A DNA stretch of 35,773 nucleotides. It comes from Octopus sinensis. Taxonomy: Eukaryota. Under the pieces are notes generated by a model, which saw nothing but the letters and a program-made list of their open reading frames with translations, had not been told where the DNA came from and ran no database searches. Location: the NCBI RefSeq assembly GCF_006345805.1, contig NW_021835824.1:1-35773 (forward strand). Direction: 5' to 3'. The position numbers and the translations under genes were made by a program. Below, piece after piece: positions 8,647 through 19,161 of this stretch (its first letter is position 1; each line of letters begins with the position of its first letter).

Positions 8647-11600
8647 GACAAAACACAGTAGAAGACTTCTAATGAAGATACAAGTCTCAAAACACGGTAC
8701 AAGACTTCTGATGAAGATACAAGACTCAAAACACGGTACAAGACTTCTAATGAAGATACAAGACTCAAAACACGGTTCAAGACTTCTAATGAAGATACAA
8801 GACTCAAAACACGGTTCAAGACTTCTAATGAAGATACAAGACTCAAAACACGGTACAAGACTTCTAATGAAGATACAAGACTCAAAACACGGTACAAGAC
8901 TTCTAATGAAGATACAAGACTCAAAACACGGTACAAGACTTCTAATGAAGATAGAAGACTCAAAACACGGTACAAGACTTCTAATGAAGATACAAGACTC
9001 AAAACACGGTACAAGACTTCTAATGAAGATACAAGACTCAAAACACGGTACAAGACTTCTAATGAAGATACAAGACTCAAAACACGGTTCAAGACTTCTA
9101 ATGAAGATACAAGACTCAAAACACGGTTCAAGACTTCTAATGAAGATACAAGACTCAAAACACGGTTCAAGACTTCTAATGAAGATACAAGACTCAAAAC
9201 ACGGTTCAAGACTTCTAATGAAGATACAAGACTCAAAACACGGTACAAGACTTCTAATGAAGATACAAGACTCAAAACACGGTACAAGACTTCTAATGAA
9301 GATACAAGACTCAAAACACGGTACAAGACTTCTAATGAAGATACAAGACTCAAAACACGGTTCAAGACTTCTAATGAAGATACAAGACTCAAAACACGTT
9401 CAAGACTTCTAATGAAGATACAAGACTCAAAACACGGTTCAAGACTTCTAATGAAGATACAAGACTCAAAACACGGTTCAAGACTTCTAATGAAGATACA
9501 AGACTCAAAACACGGTTCAAGACTTCTAATGAAGATACAAGACTCAAAACACGGTTCAAGACTTCTAATGAAGATACAAGACTCAAAACACGGTTCAAGA
9601 CTTCTAATGAAGATACAAGACTCAAAACACGGTTCAAGACTTCTAATGAAGATACAAGTCTCAAAACACGGTACAAGACTTCTAATGAAGATACAAGACT
9701 CAAAACACGGTACAAGACTTCTAATGAAGATACAAGACTCAAAACACGGTACAAGACTTCTGATGAAGATACAAGACTCAAAACACGGTACAAGACTTCT
9801 AATGAAGATACAAGACTCAAAACACGGTACAAGACTTCTGATGAAGATACAAGACTCAAAACACGGTACAAGACTTCTAATGAAGATACAAGACTCAAAA
9901 CACGGTACAAGACTTCTAATGAAGATACAAGACTCAAAACACGGTACAAGACTTCTAATGAAGATACAAGACTCAAAACACGGTTCAAGACTTCTAATGA
10001 AGATACAAGACTCAAAACACGGTACAAGACTTCTAATGAAGATACAACACTCAAAACACGGTACAAAACTTCTAATGAAGATACAAGACTCAAAACACGG
10101 TACAAGACTTCTAATGAAGATACAAGACTCAAAACACGGTTCAAGACTTCTAATGAAGATACAAGACTCAAAACACGGTTCAAGACTTCTAATGAAGATA
10201 CAAGACTCAAAACACGGTTCAAGACTTCTAATGAAGATACAAAACTCAAAACACGGTTCAAGACTTCTAATGAAGATACAAGACTCAAAACACGGTTCAA
10301 GACTTCTAATGAAGATACAAGACTCAAAACACGGTTCAAGACTTCTAATGAAGATACAAGACTCAAAACACGGTTCAAGACTTCTGATGAAGATACAAGT
10401 CTCAAAACACGGTACAAGACTTCTAATGAAGATACAAGACTCAAAACACGGTACAAGACTTCTAATGAAGATACAAGACTCAAAACACGGTACAAGACTT
10501 CTGATGAAGATACAAGACTCAAACACGGTACAGACTTCTAATGAAGATACAAGACTCAAAACACGGTACAAGACTTCTGATGAAGATACAAGACTCAAAA
10601 CACGGTACAAGACTTCTAATGAAGATACAAGACTCAAAACACGGTAAACAAGACTTCTAATGAAGATACAAGACTCAAAACACGGTACAAGACTTCTAAT
10701 GAAGATACAAGACTCAAAACACGGTACAAGACTTCTAATGAAGATACAAGACTCAAAACACGGTACAAAACTTCTAATGAAGATACAAGACTCAAAACAC
10801 GGTACAAGACTTCTAATGAAGATACAAGACTCAAAACACGGTACAAGACTTCTAATGAAGATACAAGACTCAAAACAACACGGTACAAGACTTCTAATGA
10901 AGATACAAGACTCAAAACACGGTACAAGACTTCTAATGAAGATACAAGACTCAAAACACGGTACAAGACTTCTAATGAAGATACATGACTCAAAACACGG
11001 TACAAGACTTCTAATGAAGATACAAGACTCAAAACACGGTACAAGACTTCTAATGAGATACAAGACTCAAAACACGGTACAAGACTTCTATGAAGATACA
11101 AGACTCAAAACACGGTACAAGACTTCTAATGAAGATACAAACTCAAAACACGGTACAAGACTTCTAATGAAGATACAAGACTCAAAACACGGTACAAGAC
11201 TTCTAATGAAGATACAAACTCAAACACGTACACAAGACTTCTAATGAAGATACAAGACTCAAAACACGGTACAAGACTTCTAATGAAGATACAGACTCAA
11301 AACACGGTACAAGACTTCTGATGAAGATACAAGTCTCAAAACACTGTACAAGACTTCTAATGAAGATACAAGACTCAAAACACGGTACAAGACTTCTAAT
11401 GAAGATACAAGACTCAAAACACGGTACAAGACTTCTAATGAAGATACAAGACTCAAAACACGGTACAAGACTTCTAATGAAGATACAAGACTCAAACCAC
11501 GGTACAAGACTTCTAATGAAGATACAGACTCAAAACACGGTACAAGACTTCTAATGAAGATACAAGACTCAAAACACGGTACAAGACTTCTAATGAAGAT

Positions 11601-12847
11601 ACAAGACTCAAAACACGGTACAAGACTTCTGATGAAGATACAAGTCTCAAAACACGGTACAAGACTTCTAATGAAGATACAAGACTCAAAACACGGTACA
11701 AGACTTCTAATGAAGATACAAGACTCAAAACACGGTACAAGACTTCTAATGAAGATACAAGACTCAAAACACGGTACAAGACTTCTAATGAAGATACAAG
11801 ACTCAAAACACGGTACAAGACTTCTAATGAAGATACAAGACTCAAAACACGGTTCAAGACTTCTAATGAAGATACAAGACTCAAAACACGGTACAAGACT
11901 TCTAATGAAGATACAAGACTCAAAACACGGTACAAAACTTCTAATGAAGATACAAGACTCAAAACACGGTACAAGACTTCTAATGAAGATACAAGACTCA
12001 AAACACGGTACAAGACTTCTAATGAAGATACAAGACTCAAAACACGGTACAAGACTTCTAATGAAGATACAAGACTCAAAACACGGTACAAGAATTCTAA
12101 TGAAGATACAAGACTCAAAACACGGTACAAGACTTCTAATGAAGATACAAGACTCAAAACACGGTACAAGACTTCTAATGAAGATACAAGACTCAAAACA
12201 CGGTACAAGACTTCTAATGAAGATACAAGACTCAAAACACGGTACAAGACTTCTAATGAAGATACATGACTCAAAACACGGTACAAGACTTCTAATGAAG
12301 ATACAAGACTCAAAACACGGTACAAGACTTCTAATGAAGATACAAGACTCAAAACACGGTACAAGACTTCTAATGAAGATACAAGACTCAAAACACGGTA
12401 CAAGACTTCTAATGAAGATACAAGACTCAAAACACGGTACAAGACTTCTAATGAAGATACAAGACTCAAAACACGGTACAAGACTTCTAATGAAGATACA
12501 AGACTCAAAACACGGTACAAGACTTCTGATGAAGATACAAGTCTCAAAACACGGTACAAGACTTCTAATGAAGATACAAGACTCAAAACACGGTACAAGA
12601 CTTCTAATGAAGATACAAGACTCAAAACACGGTACAAGACTTCTAATGAAGATACAAGACTCAAAACACGGTACAAGACTTCTAATGAAGATACAAGACT
12701 CAAAACACGGTACAAGACTTCTAATGAAGATACAAGACTCAAAACACGGTACAAGACTTCTAATGAAGATACAAGACTCAAAACACGGTACAAGACTTCT
12801 AATGAAGATACAAGACTCGAAACACGGTACAATACTTCTGATGACGG
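8647..12847 (+). repeat. 39-bp tandem satellite, about 108 units
   Basis: Unit aagacttctaatgaagatacaagactcaaaacacggt(a/t)c, repeated with few substitutions and occasional indels. Confidence 0.98.
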
Positions 12848-13048
12848 TACATGGCCACAATCAAATAACTAAAACAAGTAAAACGAAATAAAATAAAATA
12901 AAATAAATATCATCCTCTTCATAGTTGACGAGGTCATCGTTGTCATTGTGTTTGTCGTCAACGCCACCACTGCTCTCGTGGTCGCCATTATTTTTATGCT
13001 TGCTTTGCAACAGCTCAACCCTGTATTAGATACATGTATATATTATGA

Positions 13049-13770
13049 TAGATAATCTATCCTAAAGTCTCAGCTATTATTTCGTGAATTTATCATTCGC
13101 TTTGAACTTAATTATAGCATCCAGCTGTCCGGTATTTTCTTCCAGTATTTCTTTGTGGAGGCGCAATGGCCCAGTGGTTAGGGCAGCGGACTCGCGGTCG
13201 TAGGATCGCGGTTTCGATTCCCAGACCGGGCGTTGTGAGTGTTTATTGAACGAAAACACCTAAAAGCTCCACGAGGTTCCGGCAGGGAATGGTGGTGATC
13301 CCTGCTGTACTCTTTCACCACAACTTTCTCTCTCACTCTTTCTTCCTGTTTCTGTTGTACCTGTATTTCAAGGGGCCGGCCTTGTCACTCTCTGTGTCAC
13401 GCTGAATATCCCCGAGAACTACGTTAAGGGTGCACGTGTCTGTGGAGTACTCAGCCACCTATACGTTAATTTCACGAGCAGGCTGTTCCGTTGATTCGGA
13501 TCAACCGGAACCCTCATCGTCGTAACCGACGGAGTGCTTCCATCCTTCCATTTTCTTCCAATATTCGATATATGTCGGGAATGAAGTGATCCATTTCTAT
13601 TGTTTCTTTCCGCTGCGATCAATCACCGCTACAGATCGATCTGTTGATAAGTGGTAATCACATCACAATAAAGCAGAACAGCCGATATCCAAATGGTTGG
13701 ATTTTCAGTCTCAGCTAATTGATCTGTAGCTAATTTGTCCATCGCAAATAGCACCAGGTCGCTATTGTTT
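13049..13770. repeat. Unclassified ~310-bp repeat (family G), interrupted by SINE-C
   Basis: Collinear with 21253-21560 once 13150-13549 is removed. Confidence 0.8.
13155..13542 (+). mobile_element. SINE-C, full length with a 16-bp TSD
   Basis: attttcttcca(g/a)tatt at 13134-13149 and 13550-13565; the empty site is visible in the paralogue near 21340. Confidence 0.92.
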
Positions 13771-14243
13771 CTGTCAACAAGTAGAAAAGCACTCGATCAG
13801 CTAAGAGAGTGAAGATAATCTTGAAATATAAAATCACTAATCTTTGCAATAACAGTTCCCCAGGGTTTTCTGGTCGAAATAATAATCTGTTCAACCATTT
13901 ATCAAGCTGAAAGCAAGACCGTCTGTCAGTTTTTTTTGTTTTTGAGTAGATAACGTTTAAACAAGAATCACTCGTAAAGAAGAAAAGAAGACAAGAAGAA
14001 AAGCACAATGGAGATATCTAACGTTACAATAATTCGATGTCAACCAGATGTTAATGGTTTACTAAGTGTCCGGGTTCTATTTTTAAATTCCGACAAAAAA
14101 ATATTTCTTGAAAGGCGGACATAAAGAAAAAAATCTCGTTCCTCGAATTTATGTATTCATTGAGGTTCTCAAGTTTTTCTAGCGAACACAGTGAAGAGTT
14201 TTTTAGACCCGTTAATGCAGGAGGCGCAGGCGTGGCTGTAAAA

Positions 14244-14442
14244 GAGGCAATTTCTACTCTTCTCCTCTGGAAGCCATCTACTCGCGATACCGGAGGTCGC
14301 ACACTCTCCTACCCTGATGTAATCTCCAGGGATACAAGAATCCAGCAACAGGACCTCCGTAATGCTATGATGGACCATGAAGTCTGGCGTAGCATGGTAT
14401 ATTCCATTGTCTCGACCACGGTCGAACAATGATGATGATGAT
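14244..14442 (+). mobile_element. RTE-clade LINE 3' end, copy 1
   Basis: Encodes EAISTLLLWKPSTRDTGGRTLSYPDVISRDT..AMMDHEVWRSMV* followed by a (TGA)n tail, typical of RTE ORF2 C-termini. Confidence 0.75.
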
Positions 14443-14454
14443 ATATATATATAT

Positions 14455-14720
14455 ATATATGCTGTCCTGGTGTTCGTATGCATTCGATCCTTCTTCCAGG
14501 AAATCTACGCTTCCAGCTTAGTTTTTCTAATGCTCGTTGCTTAGTTTTTCTTGGAGGGCTGGCCGTGATCTAGTAATCTCAAGATTAATCAGCCGAAATT
14601 ACTACGATGATCCGGTTCTTGACTGAAGACTGAGGGTTTCGAATGTCCTGTCCATGTTTATTGTATCGTCTTCTAAGAGTTATACGTTCTTGTCCATGTT
14701 GTATTTTTCTACTTACCTTA
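14455..14720. mobile_element. Decayed repeat related to 1-150 (probably Penelope-like)
   Basis: Shared motifs with 1-150; bounded by (TA)n and (TA)/(CATA)n. Confidence 0.35.
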
Positions 14721-14768
14721 ATATATATACATACATACATACAAACATACATACATACATACATACAT

Positions 14769-15028
14769 ATCATCTCTTGTGAAAGGTAGAAGAGTCCAGT
14801 TTACTAGACATTGTTGTAGAGCTGAAAACGAGGCAATTTCTACTCATCTCCTCTGGAAGCCATCTACTCGCGATACCAGAGGTCGCACACTCTCCTACCC
14901 TGATGTAATCTCCAGGGATACAGGCATCCAGCAACAGGACCTCCGTAATGCCATGATGGACCATGAAGTCTGGCGTAGCATAGTAAATTCTATCGTCTCG
15001 ACCACGGTCAAACAATGATGATGATGAT
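14769..15028 (+). mobile_element. RTE-clade LINE 3' end, copy 2
   Basis: SSLVKGRRVQF..HCCRAE..DHEVWRS..* plus (TGA)n tail. Confidence 0.8.
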
Positions 15029-15091
15029 ATATATATATATATATATATACATACATACATACATACATACATACATACATACATGCATACA

Positions 15092-15120
<29 letters not shown>

Positions 15121-15122
<2 letters not shown>

Positions 15123-15380
15123 CATCTCTTGTGAAAGGTAGGAGGGTCCAGTTTGCTGGACATTGTTGCAGAGCTGAGAAAGAAGTAATTTCTACTCATC
15201 TCCTCTGGAAGCCATCTACTCGCGATACCAGAGGGCGCACACTCTCCTACCCTGATGTAATCTCCAGGGATACAGGCATCCAGCAACAGGACCTCTGTAA
15301 TGCCATGATGGACCGTGAAGTCTGGCGTAACATAGTAAATTCCATTGTCTCGACCACGGTCGAACAATGATGATGATGAT
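15121..15380 (+). mobile_element. RTE-clade LINE 3' end, copy 3
   Basis: Same 5' breakpoint (catacat|atcatctcttgtgaaagg), with RRVQFAGHCCR and DREVWR motifs. Confidence 0.8.
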
Positions 15381-16483
15381 TATATATATATATATATACA
15401 TACATACATGCATGCATACATACATACATACATACATGCATGCATACATACATACAACATACATACATACATACATACATACATACATACATACATACAT
15501 ACATACATGCATACATACATACATACATACATACATACATACATACATACATGCATACATACATACATACATACATGCATGCATACATACATACATACAT
15601 ACATACATACATACATACATACATACATACATGCATCCATACATACATACATACATGCATACATACATACATACATACATACATACATACATACATACAT
15701 ACATACATACATACATACATACATTCATACATACATAAATACATACATACATACATTCATACATACATACATACACACATAAAAACATACATACATACAT
15801 ACATACATACATACATACATACATACATACATACATACATACATACATACATACATACACACATAAATACATACATACATACATACATACATACATACAT
15901 ACATACATACATACATACATACATTCATACATACATACATACACACATAAATACATACATACATACATTCATACATACATACATACACACATAAATACAT
16001 ACATACATACATTCATACATACATACATACACACATAAATACATACATACATACATTCATACATACATACATACACACATAATACATACATACATACATA
16101 CATACATACATACATACATAATACATACATACAACATTCATACATACATACATACACACATAAAACATACATACATACTACATACATATACATACATACA
16201 TACATACATACATACATACATACATACATACATACATACATACATACATACATACATACATACATACACACATAATAAATACATACATACAATCATACAT
16301 ACATACATACATACATACATACATACATACTACATACCACCATAATACATACATACATACATACATACATACATACATACATACATACATACATACATAC
16401 ATACACATACATACATACACACATAAATACATACATACATACATACATACATACACACATAAATACATACATACATACATACA

Positions 16484-16512
<29 letters not shown>
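15381..16512. repeat. (CATA)n microsatellite, ~1.1 kb
   Basis: Seen directly. Confidence 0.98.
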
Positions 16513-16514
<2 letters not shown>

Positions 16515-16776
16515 CATCTCTTGTGAAAGGTAGAAGAGTCCAGTTTGCTGGACATTGTTGTAGAGCTGAAAACGAGGCAATTTCTACTCTTCTCCTCTGG
16601 AAGCCATCTGCTCGCAATACCAGAGGTCGCACACTCTCCTACCCTGATGTAATCTCCAGGGATACAGACATCCAGCAACAGGACCTCCGTAATGCCATGA
16701 TGGACCGTGAAGTCTGGCGTAGCATGGTAAATTCCATTGTCTCGACCACTGTCGAACAATGATGAATGATGATGAT
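16513..16776 (+). mobile_element. RTE-clade LINE 3' end, copy 4
   Basis: Same 5' breakpoint and tail as copies 2 and 3. Confidence 0.8.
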
Positions 16777-16778
16777 GT

Positions 16779-17153
16779 TTACCAACCACATGGTTCTGGG
16801 TTCAGTCCCACAGCGTGGCACCTTGGGCAAGTGTCTTCTACTATAGCCTCGGGCCGACCAAAGCCTTGTGAGTGGGTTTGGTAGACGGAACTGAAAGAAG
16901 CCCGTCGTATATATGTATATATATATATATATATATGCGTGTGTGTGTTTTGTTGTCTGTGTTTGTCCCCCTAGCATTGCTTGACAACCGATGCTGGTGT
17001 GTTTATGTCCCCGTTACTTAGCGTTCGGCAAAATAGACCGATAGAATAAGTACTGGGCTTACAAAAAGAATAAGTCCTGGGGTCGAGTTGCTCGACTAAA
17101 GGCGGTGCTCCAGCATGGCCGCAGTCAAATGACTGAAACAAGTAAAAGTAAAG
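16779..17153 (+). mobile_element. SINE-A, 5'-truncated, abutting the RTE tail
   Basis: Begins at ttaccaaccacatgg; the remainder is collinear with the other copies. Confidence 0.9.
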
Positions 17154-17344
17154 GTAAGTAGCGACTGTTATTAACGGGTGGAGCTGGAAGGACGAACGTT
17201 TTTGAAAAATTAAGAAAATCATTAATTTTTGCTGCAAACAAATTTTATTGACACCAAATGTGTTCGTATTGAATTAGTATTTGTCAAAATCAAACTTGAA
17301 AAACATCATTTATCATGTGGTGTCCGTTTTCATTGATGCATGTG

Positions 17345-17580
17345 TATGTGTGTGCGTAGATGTATGTGTGTCTGCGTTTGCACCCCACCCCACCCCACCA
17401 CTATCGGTTGATAACCGATGTTGGTATGTTTACGTCCCCGTAATTTAGCGGTTCGGCAAAAAAGATACCGATAGGATGACTACTAGTCTTTACAAAATAC
17501 AAGTCCTGCGGTCGATATGTTCGACTAAAAGGCGGTGCTCCAGCGTGGTCACAGTCAAATGGCTGAAACATATAAAAGAA
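17345..17580 (+). mobile_element. Diverged SINE-A 3' module
   Basis: Shares diagnostic variants (ccactatcggttg, aagataccgataggatga) with 215-440. Confidence 0.8.
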
Positions 17581-17591
17581 TAAAAAGCATA

Positions 17592-17992
17592 GCGCAGGAG
17601 TGGCTGTGTGGTAAATAGCTTGCTTACCAACCACATGGTTCCGGGTTCAGTCCCACTGCGTGGCATCTTGGGCAAGTGTCTTCTACTATAGTCTCGGGCC
17701 GACCAATGCCTTGTGAGTGGATTTGGTAGACGGAAACTGAAAAGAAGCCCGTCGTATATATGTATATATATATGTGTGTGTATGTGTGTTTGTGTGTCTG
17801 TGTTTGTCCCCCTAGCGTTGCTTGACAACCGATGCTGGTGTGTTTATGTCCCCGTTACTTAGCGGTTCGGCAAAAGAGACCGATAGAATAAGTACTGGGC
17901 TTACAAAAAGAATAAGTCCCGGGGTCGATTTGCTCGATTAAAGGCGGTGCTCCAGCATGGCCGCAGTCAAATGACTGAAACAAGTAAAAGAG
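17592..17992 (+). mobile_element. SINE-A, full length with a 20-bp TSD
   Basis: taaaagaataaaaagcatag at 17573-17592 and 17993-18012. Confidence 0.9.
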
Positions 17993-18061
17993 TAAAAGAA
18001 TAAAAAGCATAGATAGATACAGATATGGATATTTACCCCCTTTTGTTCTTGGAAATTGGCA

Positions 18062-18410
18062 TTGCCCTGTCGATTTGGGCGACTTCCACGCGAATAGGTT
18101 CCCTCAAACGGTTCAATGTTCGGGGCTTATGCACATACACACGTGCCTTGAGGTTTCTCCGCAAGAAATAATCACACATGGACAAATCAGGGGATCAAGG
18201 AGGCCAAGGAATGTCAGCAAACCTGGAAATGAAGCGGTCGCCGAAGAGAGGGCTGAAGAGCGTCCATTGATGCTCCGGCTGTGTGGGCCGGGTGTAAATG
18301 CAGGTCTTCATGAAAAATACACCTTACCGATCGATTACCGATGCCAAGTTCAGTGGAATGCCTCCGAACAGAGCGATTCGGATTCCGTATCAAAGCTTCG
18401 CGTTTGCCTC
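18062..18410 (-). pseudogene. Tc1/mariner-superfamily transposase fragment (HTH end, internal deletion, catalytic C-terminus)
   Basis: Minus strand reads ALIRNPNRSVRRHSTELGIGNRSVRCIFHEDLHLHP, then FGDRFISRFADIPWPP*SPDLSMCDYFLRRNLKARVY. This matches the WPPRSPDL motif with a CGA>TGA stop at 18195-18197. Confidence 0.85.
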
Positions 18411-18414
18411 TTTC

Positions 18415-18829
18415 TCTTTCTCTTTTCTCTTTTACTTGTTTCAGTCATTTGACTGCGGCCATGCTGGAGCACCGCCTTTAGTCGAGCAAATCGACCCCGG
18501 GACTTATTCTTTGTAAGCCCAGTACTTATTCTATCGGTCTCTTTTTGCCGAACCGCTAAGTGACGGGGACGTAAACACACCAGCATCGGTTGTCAAGCAA
18601 TGCTAGGGGGACAAACACAGAGACACAAGCACAGACACACATACATATATATATATACATATATACGACAGGCTTCTTTCAGTTTCCGTCTACCAAATCC
18701 ACTCACAAGGCATTGGTCGGCCCGGGGCTATAGCAGAAGACACTTGCCCAAGATGCCACACAGTGGGACTGAACCCGAAACCATGAGGTTGGTTAGCAAG
18801 CTACTTACCACACAGCCACTCCTGCGCCT
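18415..18829 (-). mobile_element. SINE-A, full length
   Basis: Reverse complement of the consensus; the head ends at cctgcgcc. Confidence 0.9.
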
Positions 18830-19110
18830 ACGACACTTACGTGAAGAACAACGAGTCTGTCGTCACAGCAGCTCAGCGTGAGTTTCGGCGCCACTTCAAC
18901 ATTCACCGAAATCAGGCTGTTCCCACCCGTAACACAATCTTACGTTGGTTGAATGCACTTCGTACACGAGGTACGCTAATGAATAGGAGACTGGTGGGGG
19001 AACCCCGAATAGTACGGATCCCGGAAAATGCGGAACGCGTCAGGCAAGCTTTGATACGGTGTCCGAATCGCTCTACTCGGAGGCATTCCACTGAAGTTGC
19101 AGTTCGTGTT
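18830..19110 (+). pseudogene. Tc1/mariner transposase N-terminal HTH fragment (DUF4817-like)
   Basis: YDTYVKNNESVVTAAQREFRRHFNIHRNQAVPTRNTILRWLNALRTRGTL..ENAERVRQALIRCPNRSTRRHS. Confidence 0.8.
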
Positions 19111-19161
19111 TAAAGGCGACTAACTTAAATTCTCATATCAACAGTTCCTTAGACTTTAGAT

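Noticed and set aside
8647-12847. CRISPR-like appearance (constant tacaagact with alternating spacers)
   Set aside because: The spacers are not unique, there are no cas genes, and the context is eukaryotic.
8585-12891. Long ORFs of 275-823 aa on both strands
   Set aside because: They follow automatically from a 39-bp (13-codon) unit with stop-free frames; indels shift frames freely and there is no coding signature.
15216-16632. MYVC/HTYI ORFs, also at 23588-24464, 26742-27669 and 34298-35035
   Set aside because: Translations of (CATA)n and (CA)n microsatellites.
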